Below, in pieces: positions 16,692 to 27,493 of a stretch of DNA of 58,135 nucleotides (the first letter of the stretch is position 1; each line of letters opens with the position of its first letter). The stretch covers positions 1 through 58,135 of the IMG/VR virus record IMGVR_UViG_3300042526_000572. One strand, given 5' to 3'. Source of the stretch: a virus. Lineage: Duplodnaviria > Caudoviricetes. Below the pieces are notes generated by a model, which was not told the DNA's origin, ran no database searches, and was given only the letters and a program-made list of their open reading frames with translations. The translations under genes and the position numbers were made by a program.

Positions 16692-16775
16692 ATTTATACC
16701 TTTACAACCGTTAATTTTTAGGAGTATTCTTATCCTAGATTTTAATTTAAACCTAAAAACTAAGAACCCAATAAA

Positions 16776-17666
16776 ATGGAAGCAATGGAAGCAGGAGCAG
16801 GTCCTAAAGAAAAAACTGCAAAATCACCAGTAATTCGTCCAAGTGAAATTGGAACTAAGAAAGTTTTCCTTCGCAGACGAGTAGTAGAAAGTCACCTCCC
16901 AAAAGAAGTTCGGGAGAATGCAGTATCAAAATTGGCAAGTGTATTTAAAGACCGTCAACCCCTCAGAGGATTTCCTGTAGGTTCACCTGACGAAAAGAAA
17001 TACCTTAATGGTCTTCTTGATGTAGGCCCTGAAAGTTTAGAGTGGGAAAAGCATGTACGTTCTTTTTGGCTTGAACTTAGAATTCCTGTAGGATTTACTG
17101 GTACTCCTCTTGAAATAGGATTGGATGACATTGGAGAACCACTTTCAGTGGAAGACTTTGTAAAGTACAGTTGGATTAAAAAACACCCATTGGTTGCAAA
17201 TTCAGAGGCAGAGATGCTTAAGAACCCAAACCTTCGTTTCTACATCCTTGACCCAGCTAAAGAAGGTCAAAAGAAGAATGCAAGTGTTCAAACAGCTAAA
17301 TTGGCAGACAGAGAATTCATCAAAATGTCTGACAACACAGTTCGTATGAAGAATGTACTTCAAGTCCTTGGAAAGGGTAAACTTGAAACAACTTCTGCTG
17401 AAGCAATTGAGAACATGCTTTTTGATATTAAACAAGTAGACCCAAAACGATTCTTGGAAGCTGCTACAGACCCTGATATTGACATCAGAGCTGAGATTGC
17501 ATCGTTTGTATCTGCAGGAACAATTATCAAGTTCGGAAATTCATTTGTACATGGCAATGATACTATTGCAAACAGTGAAGAAGAAGCTGTTGTGTTCTGG
17601 AAGAATGCTAAAAACTCAGGATTGTTAAACATAATGCGCACAAAATATAAAGAGCAGATTCGATGA
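16776..17666 (+). CDS. conserved crAss-like protein following MCP ('gene 75'-type)
   Basis: Synteny; FW...HPLVA...FYILD pattern. Confidence 0.6.
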   Translation: MEAMEAGAGPKEKTAKSPVIRPSEIGTKKVFLRRRVVESHLPKEVRENAVSKLASVFKDRQPLRGFPVGSPDEKKYLNGLLDVGPESLEWEKHVRSFWLELRIPVGFTGTPLEIGLDDIGEPLSVEDFVKYSWIKKHPLVANSEAEMLKNPNLRFYILDPAKEGQKKNASVQTAKLADREFIKMSDNTVRMKNVLQVLGKGKLETTSAEAIENMLFDIKQVDPKRFLEAATDPDIDIRAEIASFVSAGTIIKFGNSFVHGNDTIANSEEEAVVFWKNAKNSGLLNIMRTKYKEQIR

Positions 17667-18772
17667 CCGTACTTGAAATGCATATTGCCTTGAAACAACA
17701 GGTGGACAGAGTAAATTCTCTCCGAGCAGACAATCTTCGTCCTGAAGAAACTGACTTGGAGTTGAATAGGGCTCAAATGCGTTTCATTAATCAACACTAT
17801 GGGATAAATAACATCTACAGGAAGGGCTTTGAGGGCAGTCAAAAAAGAATTGATGAACTCAGAGTCCTTCTTACAGAATATTCTGCCCCTGTAACCTTTA
17901 AAGAAGAACTTATCCCCAATAAAATATGGGTTGATGAGTTTATTTTCCCTTCAGATTACATGTACTTGGTGAATCAGGCTTCGAGGATTTACCATAACAA
18001 TTGTTTACCTGTTGCTTTTACCACAGTACAAGCTCAAGTATTCTTTTCGCAATTCAATTTTGCACAAACGATGGTGAATGGGAACCAATTTGTAGAGGGC
18101 ATTAGATTGCAAAACACATCTTTTGGGACTATACCTACAATTCAAGCTACAATTTGGGAACCTTCTGCAAGTTTAGTGGATTCTGGATACACAATATCTC
18201 AATACCCACAATTGACTCAAGAAGTCATAACTGATATGCTTGATAATCCTGGTCCTGGATTTACAATTACTTACAATGCTGGACTTTTTAGAGTTGTTGT
18301 AGATACCGCAATGCATCCTTGGTTTGTTCCTGGAACTTCTACGATAGTTACCTATGATAATAATCAACAACAGATAAATTATTTGCTTGTACGAAGTCGA
18401 CCTCTTAGACCAGAAAGAAGACCAGTACTTCAAAACTTACCTAAGACTACAGTTTTGAATAGGTTTTCTCAGCAGGATGATATTTATCGGTTATTAGATG
18501 ACCCATTCAATGTAACTTATAAGGATGAACCCCTTACAACCATACGAGATAGGTCGATAGATGTGTACTCAAGTGCTCTATTTATAATAGAAAGCATTAA
18601 AATCACATATCTTAGAAAACCTTTGAATATTTCTCTATCTTTGGGGAGTGATTGTGAGTTACCAACTCATACTCACAACGAAATAGTTGCAATGGCAGCA
18701 TCTGCAATCTTGGAGCAAATAGGAGATCCTAGGTACAAGACACAGATGGGTGAAATGGCAGCAAGAGAGTAA
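17663..18772 (+). CDS. head-tail connector/ring protein ('gene 74'-type)
   Basis: ETDLELNRAQ...GFEGSQKRIDEL...ITYLRKP...CELPTHTHNEIVAMA. Confidence 0.7.
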   Translation: MTVLEMHIALKQQVDRVNSLRADNLRPEETDLELNRAQMRFINQHYGINNIYRKGFEGSQKRIDELRVLLTEYSAPVTFKEELIPNKIWVDEFIFPSDYMYLVNQASRIYHNNCLPVAFTTVQAQVFFSQFNFAQTMVNGNQFVEGIRLQNTSFGTIPTIQATIWEPSASLVDSGYTISQYPQLTQEVITDMLDNPGPGFTITYNAGLFRVVVDTAMHPWFVPGTSTIVTYDNNQQQINYLLVRSRPLRPERRPVLQNLPKTTVLNRFSQQDDIYRLLDDPFNVTYKDEPLTTIRDRSIDVYSSALFIIESIKITYLRKPLNISLSLGSDCELPTHTHNEIVAMAASAILEQIGDPRYKTQMGEMAARE

Positions 18773-18830
18773 AGTTTAAACAAGTAATCATTTATCAACC
18801 AAATAGTTTCACAATCAACACTAAATTAAG

Positions 18831-19751
18831 ATGAGAAAACTTCTCGTATCAACCGGAGTAACCCCTGTCTACACAGCAGGAGTACTTTCTGCAGGTTCTG
18901 TAGACATTCTTCAAAAGCCAGTTGCAGGTCAAGCAACCCCATTTAATCCTCTTCTTGCAGGACAGGATATTTCAGATTCAGATTCTATCTGTTTCATACA
19001 AGGTACTGCAGCTGGAGTAAACATCCAAACACCTTGGATTCCTGCACGAGACATCGTACGTTGGACTGGACGGGCTACTACTCCTCAAGTAGCTCAAGTT
19101 ACTACAGTGACTTTTGCTACTGTTCCGACTGTAGCTGGAACAATGTCTTTGAAACTTATTTCTGTGGGCATAGGACAAGAGCAATATGAGCGTAAAACTT
19201 ATGAGATTCAAGTTCCTGCAAACCATCCTATTGCAAATGTTGTAATTGATTTTGCTGCAGCTATTAATGCAAACCTCCCTGACTTCTTGGCATCTGCAAC
19301 AGCAGGTGCAACAACAGTAGTTTTGACAGGTAAAATTTCTTCTTCTGTTACAGGACAAGTGATTACTTCTTTCCAAACTATCTCTCCAGAAGGATTGGAT
19401 GGTTCAAATGGAACTACCATAACAGTTACAGCTACAGCTCCAGACCAAGGCTCTGGTGATGGTGATTTGCTTGTAGATTTCGAAAAGCAATTGCAAGGTG
19501 ACCGTGGTTTCTACAACCGTATCACTCAGCCAAATACTCCAGTAAGTTACATTGTTCCTGCTACTAACTACGATTTGTACTCTTTGACTTTTCTTACAGG
19601 TCCTGTAGGTCAAATCAAAGGTGTAGACAACAAACGTGAGATAATCATAGCTTTTGATTCTACTGCAGCTGCTGGTAAACTATTGTTTGAGTCTATAATC
19701 AATCCGTATCTAGCCACTGCTCCTGGAGCTTTTGCTACAATTTCTCTCTAA
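18831..19751 (+). CDS. structural protein (auxiliary capsid protein-like)
   Basis: Ala/Thr/Gly-rich beta protein with MCP-like codon bias; synteny. Confidence 0.55.
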   Translation: MRKLLVSTGVTPVYTAGVLSAGSVDILQKPVAGQATPFNPLLAGQDISDSDSICFIQGTAAGVNIQTPWIPARDIVRWTGRATTPQVAQVTTVTFATVPTVAGTMSLKLISVGIGQEQYERKTYEIQVPANHPIANVVIDFAAAINANLPDFLASATAGATTVVLTGKISSSVTGQVITSFQTISPEGLDGSNGTTITVTATAPDQGSGDGDLLVDFEKQLQGDRGFYNRITQPNTPVSYIVPATNYDLYSLTFLTGPVGQIKGVDNKREIIIAFDSTAAAGKLLFESIINPYLATAPGAFATISL

Positions 19752-19773
19752 TCAATCTTAAACAACTCATACA

Positions 19774-20250
19774 ATGTCTAAAAATCCTTTTTTAAATAAA
19801 CGTGTTGTTAAGGCAACGCTTGATATCCCAAATCACCCTTCTTTTGCAGTAGGTGCTCTTGTTGCTGGTTCTTACTCTCCGAATAGTGGAAAAGTAACTC
19901 TACCTGTAGGTGCAGTTGTAACTGATGCTTACTATGTAGTTGAGACTACTTGTGTAACAGCTGGTGCTGACGCAGGTACTTTGGCACTTGGTTGGACAGG
20001 TTCTACTGGAGCAATCAAAGCTGCAATTGCAGTAAGTGCTGCAGGAGATGTGTATGATGCAGGTATCCGTGGTGGATTGATTGGTCAACAAGCTCTTGAT
20101 GGCAATGCCCTTACAGCAATTGCAAGTGCTGCTGCTGTAGCTGCTACCAAAGTACTTATTGCCTCTACTCCAAAGAATGTCCTTTTCACTATCGCTACAC
20201 AAAGCTTTACAGCTGGAAAGATTCACCTATACGTAGAATACGTAATCTAA
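19774..20250 (+). CDS. structural protein (head decoration/fibre-like)
   Basis: TLPVGAVV...AGKIHLYVEY small beta-sandwich pattern; biased codons; terminator follows. Confidence 0.5.
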   Translation: MSKNPFLNKRVVKATLDIPNHPSFAVGALVAGSYSPNSGKVTLPVGAVVTDAYYVVETTCVTAGADAGTLALGWTGSTGAIKAAIAVSAAGDVYDAGIRGGLIGQQALDGNALTAIASAAAVAATKVLIASTPKNVLFTIATQSFTAGKIHLYVEYVI

Positions 20251-20271
20251 CGTAGTTTACTTTATCGTTCT

Positions 20272-20312
20272 AAAGCCGAGGGAGGAAGTGTATTCCCACC
20301 CTCGGCTTTTTT
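20272..20312 (+). terminator. intrinsic terminator
   Basis: AAAGCCGAGGG (20272-20282) / CCCTCGGCTTT (20299-20309) followed by a T-run. Confidence 0.85.
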
Positions 20313-20326
20313 ACTAAAACATATCA

Positions 20327-20827
20327 ATGGCAGCATATTCAACTATAACAGGAGATTGTGGGTTTATAAGTATTGTTGCAAGTGGAGCAGCTGGAACAGC
20401 TACTGTTGCCATTCGTAATGGAAATCTATCTTACAATACCACACTTGTTCTTCCTACAGGGAATGGAACAGCTAATCTTGTATTAAACACTCAATCCACC
20501 GTAGGTGCCATAGATGGTGTCTTCGATGTAAAGGTTACAGATTCCGCAGGTGTGATTCATTCTACTGCTGTTCTGGGCAAATGTGCCCTTATGTGTTGTA
20601 TTGCAAAGAAATTGGACTCTCTCCTTGGATGTGATTGTGGTTGTGTAAAGTGCAACTCAGACTTACTACAAGCAGAAAGAGTGAACCTTTTAATACTTTC
20701 CATTGAAACCTCTTTGGCCCAAGTAGGTCAATACCAACCAAGTGACGTTGCTTTAATAACCAATGCAGAACGTAAGTACCAAAAAGCTTTGGAACTTTGC
20801 TCTGATAACTGTGGATGTAGTTGCTAA
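20327..20827 (+). CDS. Cys-rich tail hub-like protein
   Basis: MCCIAKK...CDCGCVKC...LELCSDNCGCSC; position at the start of the tail module. Confidence 0.5.
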   Translation: MAAYSTITGDCGFISIVASGAAGTATVAIRNGNLSYNTTLVLPTGNGTANLVLNTQSTVGAIDGVFDVKVTDSAGVIHSTAVLGKCALMCCIAKKLDSLLGCDCGCVKCNSDLLQAERVNLLILSIETSLAQVGQYQPSDVALITNAERKYQKALELCSDNCGCSC

Positions 20828-23800
20828 TGGGACAGAAACATTTAATAGGAGTTATAAGTAATATAGCAGGAAACGCTAATCTTTTAGTTTCTTTTTGTAC
20901 TGAGTTTGGATATGACTCTGTAATCTCTATTGAAGATGTTACAGATGATTCCAAGTACACTCAAATCTTCTCTAAAAGAAACAGTAGGAGAGAAATAATA
21001 CTTTCTTATGCTTCTACTATATCTGGGGCACGTACTCTTAAGGTTTACTTTTCTTCTGGAGAAGTTAAAACTTTGAATGTACTTTTTCCTAAAGGTTCCG
21101 TCCCAAGTTATTATTCTGAATTTGAATATGAACTTGCAGTTGATGGAAATTGGAATGACAACTCAGCTATATTAAACGTATTCAACCCTTTAAGAAAGCA
21201 AGAAGAGTTTTCAATTGCTGCACTTCCAATCTTAGACCCTCTTAAAAGGTTTAATTCACAAGAGGTAGTTAAAGTTGAAGGCTTATCTATCAATAAAAAT
21301 ACCTTTGGAACTGTTGCTCCAATAGCTGCCACTCAATTTGTAAATTTCTTTTTGAGTCAAGGAGACTTTAACAGTCCTGCAGAAGTTTTAAATTCAACTC
21401 TTGCTTCTGATGCTTCAAGTGCCACATGTTTTATATGGGCAGAAGGATTAAAAGATGTAAAAGACTCTTCACCAAAATTTGAGGTATGTCTTGACCCAAC
21501 ATCTTCTACTTACTATTTAACATCAGGAGATGACTCTTATGGAAGTCCAATCCCAGATATTTATTTAGAGGGTAGTGCAGAAGCAATTTTTACATCTGGA
21601 GTTTGTAATGTTGGAAGTAAAGAGTTTAACTTTTTAGTTGCTCCATCAAAAACAGTTGTAGGAGGAGATGCTTCAGTTACACTTTTTGTAGCAGGCATAA
21701 AAGCATCCCCAAAACAAGACCCTTGGATTGAGTATGACCCATTATTAAACAAGAATAAAACATCTTATCCTGATATTTCAGGATTAAGTTTTGAGTTTAA
21801 ACTTGTAAAGACAACAGGAACAATAGTTACAAGTGGAGTTATTGGTAAAAACTCTTATACTTTCACAGGTTTACCAGCATCTAAACTTCCTTATGAAGCT
21901 ATAGCCATAGACCAGGACTCAGGAGAAACTACTAAGATTAAATTCTTGATAGGTGATAAAACTTTTGGGTCTTTTACTTCTACTTCTACTTCTAATCAAG
22001 CTGCTAAGAACTGCAGATGTACCATTCTAGCTGCATTAAACTCTGCAAACACAGGGGCAGAAGCAGAAGCAGACCCTTGCCGTATTTGCTACACATGTAA
22101 CTCTGCTGGCAATCTTCTTTTAGGGGGCACAGCAACTGCTTACAACCTATTAGATTTCACTACGACTTTAGCTTACAATGCAAGTTCTCCTACTACTGCA
22201 GATGGTTCTGTAACAGCTGGATGGGTTTTAAACCAAAACTTATCTCAAGATGTAGCTTTAGGTTTAGCCGGGGCTACTTACGATATATCTCTGTTTAAAT
22301 CAAACAGTCAAACAGGTCCATTTACCTCTCAAGTAGGTGCTACAGTAGTTGCACATACTTTGCCATCTTACACAATTTCAAGTTTAACTCCTGGGTTGTG
22401 GTATCAAATGCAAGTGAAAGTAAATGGTAAAACTTGCATAAGTTACTACACATTCTTTATTGGACCAGAAGAGGAGAGAGTTATAACAGATTGTCTAGCA
22501 ACTGTTGACTATACTATTGACCCTTGTACTGGAGCTTTAGGAATAGAAGTTTTAGAGTCTGCTGTATCTACGATTGCACAGTACATAGTTTACATAAATC
22601 AAGTTGCAGTAAGTGCTCCTTATCCTAATGTAAATGTAGGAGACTCAATCTTAGTGAAGATACAATTAGAAGAATGTAAAGACCTTGTTGTAGATTTATA
22701 TGATGTAACTGAGGCAGATTTAAATTGCCAAGAAGAGCCTCACTTCCCTACAGGATGTATGGACCCTGGAGCTGTAAACTTTGACCCAACAGCCATAATT
22801 GATAATGGAACATGTGTCTATGGAATTGTAGGTTGCATGGATGCCTTATCCACAAACTACAATCCAAATGCAACTATCTCTGATGGAAGTTGTATTGACT
22901 TATGTTCTGAGGATGTAGTTGTAAGTGTTACAGTCACAAACAATATCCCTACAACTACATTTATAGTTCCACAAGTAAACTACAGTCTTACCTACTACTC
23001 TCCTGTTTCTGGATTCATAGAAACTATATACGATCTCCCCACAGGTCCATTTCTAGAAGATGGTGTGTATATCGTAACATTCATGTCGTCCCTGGGATGT
23101 ACGGAGGAGACTGTAGTAGCTGTAAATACAGATATAAACTACGGTTGTACAGACCCATTTGCAGAGAATTTCTCAGCATTTGCCAATTTACCTATGAGTT
23201 ACTGGACTAATGTTTCCTCAGGAAATGTTGGGGAAGAGTGTACATACTCAATTGTACTAAGCCCTTGCGTCCCAAAAGAAATAGATGCTCTTCTAAAGGG
23301 CATAGATAAATGTTTGGCAATACAATTAGATAAGTACTTCAATATGATTCGTAGAGGTAATGCAGAGAACTGCGCTACTAAGGACATAAAGAAGGCAATA
23401 CTTATCAGAACTCTTATGCGGTCTAGGGGTTTAAAGTGCTTGTACAATTGTGCAGACTCCCTCTCTTTACCTTACTCCCCAATTTCTTGCAATCAGAAAT
23501 GGTTGGATGGTGGACCATCAGGTTCTGAACTCATCTTTGACATAACCCTCACATATTCTTATGGAGATATAGTAAAACATGAGTCAGGATACTTTTATAC
23601 CTTTACAGGATTAACTCCGACTGCTGGCGATGACCCTGAACTATACTCTCTCGAAACTTTCTGGACTAGGTGTACAGAACCTAGTGTTTTTGATGTATCT
23701 GTTAATAGACTTGATTCTTACTTAGAGTTCTTAGATGGAGTATGTTCTACATGCAACATCAATATCAAAGAAAGTTCTAGGGAACCAGTGTCTGTGGCCT

Positions 23801-23868
23801 TATCTCTAAATGCTACAGATAAAGGAGAAATTACAATAGGAGGAGAACAATTAGACCTTAACATATAA
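20827..23868 (+). CDS. large Cys-rich tail/fibre-hub protein with GC(M/T)D repeats
   Basis: TAATG-coupled start at 20827; beta-rich domains, three GCxD..N(F/Y) repeats and a carbohydrate-binding-like YSYGDIVKH segment. Confidence 0.6.
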   Translation: MGQKHLIGVISNIAGNANLLVSFCTEFGYDSVISIEDVTDDSKYTQIFSKRNSRREIILSYASTISGARTLKVYFSSGEVKTLNVLFPKGSVPSYYSEFEYELAVDGNWNDNSAILNVFNPLRKQEEFSIAALPILDPLKRFNSQEVVKVEGLSINKNTFGTVAPIAATQFVNFFLSQGDFNSPAEVLNSTLASDASSATCFIWAEGLKDVKDSSPKFEVCLDPTSSTYYLTSGDDSYGSPIPDIYLEGSAEAIFTSGVCNVGSKEFNFLVAPSKTVVGGDASVTLFVAGIKASPKQDPWIEYDPLLNKNKTSYPDISGLSFEFKLVKTTGTIVTSGVIGKNSYTFTGLPASKLPYEAIAIDQDSGETTKIKFLIGDKTFGSFTSTSTSNQAAKNCRCTILAALNSANTGAEAEADPCRICYTCNSAGNLLLGGTATAYNLLDFTTTLAYNASSPTTADGSVTAGWVLNQNLSQDVALGLAGATYDISLFKSNSQTGPFTSQVGATVVAHTLPSYTISSLTPGLWYQMQVKVNGKTCISYYTFFIGPEEERVITDCLATVDYTIDPCTGALGIEVLESAVSTIAQYIVYINQVAVSAPYPNVNVGDSILVKIQLEECKDLVVDLYDVTEADLNCQEEPHFPTGCMDPGAVNFDPTAIIDNGTCVYGIVGCMDALSTNYNPNATISDGSCIDLCSEDVVVSVTVTNNIPTTTFIVPQVNYSLTYYSPVSGFIETIYDLPTGPFLEDGVYIVTFMSSLGCTEETVVAVNTDINYGCTDPFAENFSAFANLPMSYWTNVSSGNVGEECTYSIVLSPCVPKEIDALLKGIDKCLAIQLDKYFNMIRRGNAENCATKDIKKAILIRTLMRSRGLKCLYNCADSLSLPYSPISCNQKWLDGGPSGSELIFDITLTYSYGDIVKHESGYFYTFTGLTPTAGDDPELYSLETFWTRCTEPSVFDVSVNRLDSYLEFLDGVCSTCNINIKESSREPVSVALSLNATDKGEITIGGEQLDLNI

Positions 23869-23872
23869 GACT

Positions 23873-25252
23873 ATGGCAGAAGTAATATCTTTCGCAACAA
23901 TAGACAAGACCAACTTAACTTCCTCTAATTACATACCTGTAACTGGGAATAAGAAACTTCTTGCAACAGCTCTTTTACCAACATTGGCTACATCTGGAGC
24001 ATCAGGTGTGTCAATTTACAGTGGAATTTCAAACGGTAACCAATTGAATTTCAGGTCGGTAATCTCCACTACATTGACTATGTTGTCTGTCACAAACGCT
24101 TCGAATGTGATAGGGTTTGCAGTACTTCCAGCAGGCATAGATTTAAGTTTATGTAACAACACCACATCTTTGTTTCTAAGCACTGTAAACTTAGCATCAA
24201 ATGTCACAGGTGTTTTACCTATGGTAAATGGGGGGACAAACCTTTCAAGTGTAGCTAAAGGCTCTGTTCTTTATGCTTCTGCTGCAAACACTTGGGCTGC
24301 ATCTACTCCTATGAGCACCAATGGAACTCTGTTAATTGGAAATAATTCTTCAGGAATCCCTACCCTTGCAACTCTTACAGCTGGTACAAACATAGCCATT
24401 ACAAATGGAGCAGGTTCAATTTCAATTGCAGCCAATCTAAGTACACTTACAGCAACCTTAAACTGTGACATTTACAATGTAAACTTGAACTTTGCAGCAG
24501 GAGCAAGTTGGTTGTCAGGTGACGGTACCGCTGAAGGTATTACTGTAGATGCTTCAGGTCGAGTATTTATAGGTGATAGTATCCCAACTCTTTACAGCTT
24601 AAGTGCACAATTGACTCTTGGAGGAAATGCTTCCAATGCTATCGTAATTGGTAATACAAATACGTACGGAAACAAAGTCATAAAGATGCTTGATGCAGCT
24701 GCAGGTGTTGTAGGAGCAAATTTAGATATAGTAGGGGCTAATGCTACAGGTGGAAACTTTGATGGTGGAGATATAGACATAAAAGCTGGACAATCTTCAG
24801 GGTCAGGAAGAAGTGGGAATGTAATTATAGAAGCAGGAGGAACAGCTACAAGCGTAAATGGGTCGGTTCAATTAAAAACTTACAATTCAGCTGGAACTAT
24901 AAAACTTGGATTGCAAGTAACTGAAGATCAAGAAGTAAAAATACCTAGTGGAAATCTCCTTTTAACTTATGCTGCACAAACTTTAACAGGTCCTGGGGCT
25001 GTATCTTTAACTACACCAACAACTCACATTGTCACTACAGGTGCAAACGCTCTTACCTTAGCTGATGGAGTGCACGGACAAAGTAAGTTTATTGTAATGC
25101 AAACTCATGTTGGAAATGGAACATTGACCCCTACAAATTTAGCTGGAGCAGATACTACAATTACTTTTACAGCTGTAGGGAATAGTGTACATTTGTACTT
25201 TACAAATTCTTCTTGGCATATCATGGGTAGCCGAGGAGTTACAATTGCATAA
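23873..25252 (+). CDS. tail fibre protein
   Basis: Gly/Ala/Thr/Asn-rich; GVLPMVNGGT, LTAGTNIAITNG and LTLADGVHGQ fibre-type motifs. Confidence 0.7.
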   Translation: MAEVISFATIDKTNLTSSNYIPVTGNKKLLATALLPTLATSGASGVSIYSGISNGNQLNFRSVISTTLTMLSVTNASNVIGFAVLPAGIDLSLCNNTTSLFLSTVNLASNVTGVLPMVNGGTNLSSVAKGSVLYASAANTWAASTPMSTNGTLLIGNNSSGIPTLATLTAGTNIAITNGAGSISIAANLSTLTATLNCDIYNVNLNFAAGASWLSGDGTAEGITVDASGRVFIGDSIPTLYSLSAQLTLGGNASNAIVIGNTNTYGNKVIKMLDAAAGVVGANLDIVGANATGGNFDGGDIDIKAGQSSGSGRSGNVIIEAGGTATSVNGSVQLKTYNSAGTIKLGLQVTEDQEVKIPSGNLLLTYAAQTLTGPGAVSLTTPTTHIVTTGANALTLADGVHGQSKFIVMQTHVGNGTLTPTNLAGADTTITFTAVGNSVHLYFTNSSWHIMGSRGVTIA

Positions 25253-25284
25253 AAGTGAAATCATAAACCAATCAAATCAATAAA

Positions 25285-25719
25285 ATGGAAGTAGTTAGTA
25301 ATGAATCAGCAGTATCCTCAGAACAGGAATTAAAAGTTCAAGTGTATGTTAATCTTTGTGCAGCATTGTATGAAGTGCAGAACCTACCTGGGTTGAAATT
25401 TGCCCTTAAGGTTGCAGAGAACATCAAGACTTTGGAAGAACGTCTTGCACCACTTAATACAGTATTAACCCCATCTCCTGAATTCCTTGCTTTTGCAAAG
25501 AGAGTTCACGAAGAAGCTGGGAATGACACTGAAAAGATTAAAGCTCTTGAAGAAGAGAATAAAGAACTTGTAGAAGCAAGATTGGCTCAAATGGATTTGG
25601 CCACAGAACTTTTGCAGAATACAACTCACATTCAATTGCGTAAGATTCGTACAGAGGAACTCTCCAAAGAGATCACAGCTGCACAAATTAAAGCGCTTGA
25701 CCTAATCATTCAATCTTAA
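25285..25719 (+). CDS. hypothetical helical protein (possible fibre chaperone)
   Basis: Glu-rich helical ORF after the fibre gene. Confidence 0.5.
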   Translation: MEVVSNESAVSSEQELKVQVYVNLCAALYEVQNLPGLKFALKVAENIKTLEERLAPLNTVLTPSPEFLAFAKRVHEEAGNDTEKIKALEEENKELVEARLAQMDLATELLQNTTHIQLRKIRTEELSKEITAAQIKALDLIIQS

Positions 25720-25723
25720 TTCA

Positions 25724-26080
25724 ATGGCTTCAGTTAGATTCAGAATAAACATAAAAAGTTCTACTACTTCAAGTGATCTTTTAGACTTTACAATAGAAAG
25801 AAATACTTTAGTAATTCCTCCGTTTAAAGCTCTTTCTAGGGAGACTGCAGTAGCAGCTACACCTCTTGTAATTCTACCAAATACCAATGCAAGGTGTATG
25901 TTCTATTTCAAGAATCTAGATGTAACTAATTATGTTGATATAACAAATACAGCAGGACATGTTCTTTCAAGAGTAAGTCCTGGGGCCTTTTGCTTACTAT
26001 CTGTAAAAGAAGCTGTTGGAGTATCATTCCTTGCAAATGTTGGTAATTGTTTAACTGAGTACGGATATTGGACCGTATAA
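25724..26080 (+). CDS. small structural protein
   Basis: Beta-rich 118-aa ORF with FYFKNLD...VSPG, within the tail module. Confidence 0.5.
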   Translation: MASVRFRINIKSSTTSSDLLDFTIERNTLVIPPFKALSRETAVAATPLVILPNTNARCMFYFKNLDVTNYVDITNTAGHVLSRVSPGAFCLLSVKEAVGVSFLANVGNCLTEYGYWTV

Positions 26081-26084
26081 TTTT

Positions 26085-26783
26085 ATGCTCAATGTTAATG
26101 GAAATAACGTATCTATTACAGGCTATGCAGATACAACTGTAGCCCGTAAAACTGCGTGGCCAGGAGCATCAATTCGACCACTACCTAGTAGTAAAACTGA
26201 ATTTCTTATTTCTAGCTCAAGTGCCTCAGATACCTACACAGGTACTGGGGCACGAACAGTTAGGGTAACTTATTTAAACTCAGGTTTAAATCAAAAAGCT
26301 GTAGATATAACTCTCGCAGGTCAAACACCTGTGCCTTTAGGAGAACCTGCGTCTTTTGTTCAAAGTGTAGAGGTGACTTCTGCAGGAACTAGCAGAAGCA
26401 ATGTGGGAGTAATTTATTGTGGTAGTGGTGTAGTAACTGCAGGCGTACCTGCAACTATTTATGACCTTATCCCAATAGCGTATGGAGCATCACAAAGTCT
26501 TTGTCTTACTGTACCTTTAGGGAAAAAGTTTCTTTTAAAAAGTTTAAATGTAAATTCTTTGGATACTACATTAAAACTTACAACACTTGTTTGTAAAATT
26601 AAAAATTCTAATACTACAATTATTGCAGGACACGTATTTGCAGGAGAGAAACCTATTTTACATTCAGAACATGTGTTTTCACAAGCGTTTGTATTTAGTG
26701 CAGGAGAAACTATAAGTATTGAAGTTTCTGGGCATCTAGGAACTGATCCATTGTTTGCTGAATTTAACGGAGAATACCTATGA
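26085..26783 (+). CDS. structural/tail protein
   Basis: SSSSASDTYTGTGARTV motif; beta-rich. Confidence 0.5.
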   Translation: MLNVNGNNVSITGYADTTVARKTAWPGASIRPLPSSKTEFLISSSSASDTYTGTGARTVRVTYLNSGLNQKAVDITLAGQTPVPLGEPASFVQSVEVTSAGTSRSNVGVIYCGSGVVTAGVPATIYDLIPIAYGASQSLCLTVPLGKKFLLKSLNVNSLDTTLKLTTLVCKIKNSNTTIIAGHVFAGEKPILHSEHVFSQAFVFSAGETISIEVSGHLGTDPLFAEFNGEYL

Positions 26784-27493
26784 CATTAGATGAAATTGCC
26801 TACAACATTCTTAATCTGTACCGAGGAGGAAGATCTAGTCATAATGAGCATATCTCTTTAAGACAGATTAAGTTCAACATTAAGTTTTACCGTGCAATGC
26901 TCATTCGAAGAGACTATGCACGTAATCTCTTAGTATCTAGACATCACGAACAACAGATTAGTTGTATGGAACTAATCACTGTAGATGCATCTCAATGTTG
27001 TAGTTTACCTGCAGATTGTAAAGTATCTCGTACAAAGCTTAAATTGCCCAGGACTATCAGATTAAACAACTATGAGGGCATAACTCATGTAGGAGATGTA
27101 ACAGGAATTCATACAATTCCTCAAATAGATATTGTAACTGTTCAGTTTCTACCTCACGATCGTTTTACTAAAAACGCTCGTAAAGCATACATGATAGAGG
27201 ATTATCTGTATGTCTACAACCCTGATGGGATTGATGCTATCAACATAAGAGGTTTCTTTGAAGACCCAGAAGAACTTGCTGCATACGATTGTCATGGAGT
27301 AGGATGCTACGACAGAGACTCTGCTTTCCCATTGTCTATGGATTTAGTTGAAGCAATTACCACAGGACTTGTGAAAGGGACCTTCTCTTTGTTGGCTGGC
27401 ACACAGACTGATTTAGAAAATGACACAGTTCCTGGAGGAGCACAACGTATGCCACAACCTCAAGCACAAGACGATGGCGAAGGGGACCAGTGA
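26780..27493 (+). CDS. tail ring protein
   Basis: MTLDEIAY...YRAMLI...YLYV...IRGFFEDP...FPL, crAss ring-protein pattern. Confidence 0.65.
   Translation: MTLDEIAYNILNLYRGGRSSHNEHISLRQIKFNIKFYRAMLIRRDYARNLLVSRHHEQQISCMELITVDASQCCSLPADCKVSRTKLKLPRTIRLNNYEGITHVGDVTGIHTIPQIDIVTVQFLPHDRFTKNARKAYMIEDYLYVYNPDGIDAINIRGFFEDPEELAAYDCHGVGCYDRDSAFPLSMDLVEAITTGLVKGTFSLLAGTQTDLENDTVPGGAQRMPQPQAQDDGEGDQ

Noticed and set aside
18636-18643. TATCTTTG inside the ring-protein gene
   Set aside because: It lies in coding sequence (LSLG) followed by GGG, with no other support. An internal promoter is not excluded but is unsupported.
23873-26783. Diversity-generating retroelement or invertible fibre cassette
   Set aside because: No reverse transcriptase, recombinase, TR/VR pair or flanking inverted repeats were seen in the window.
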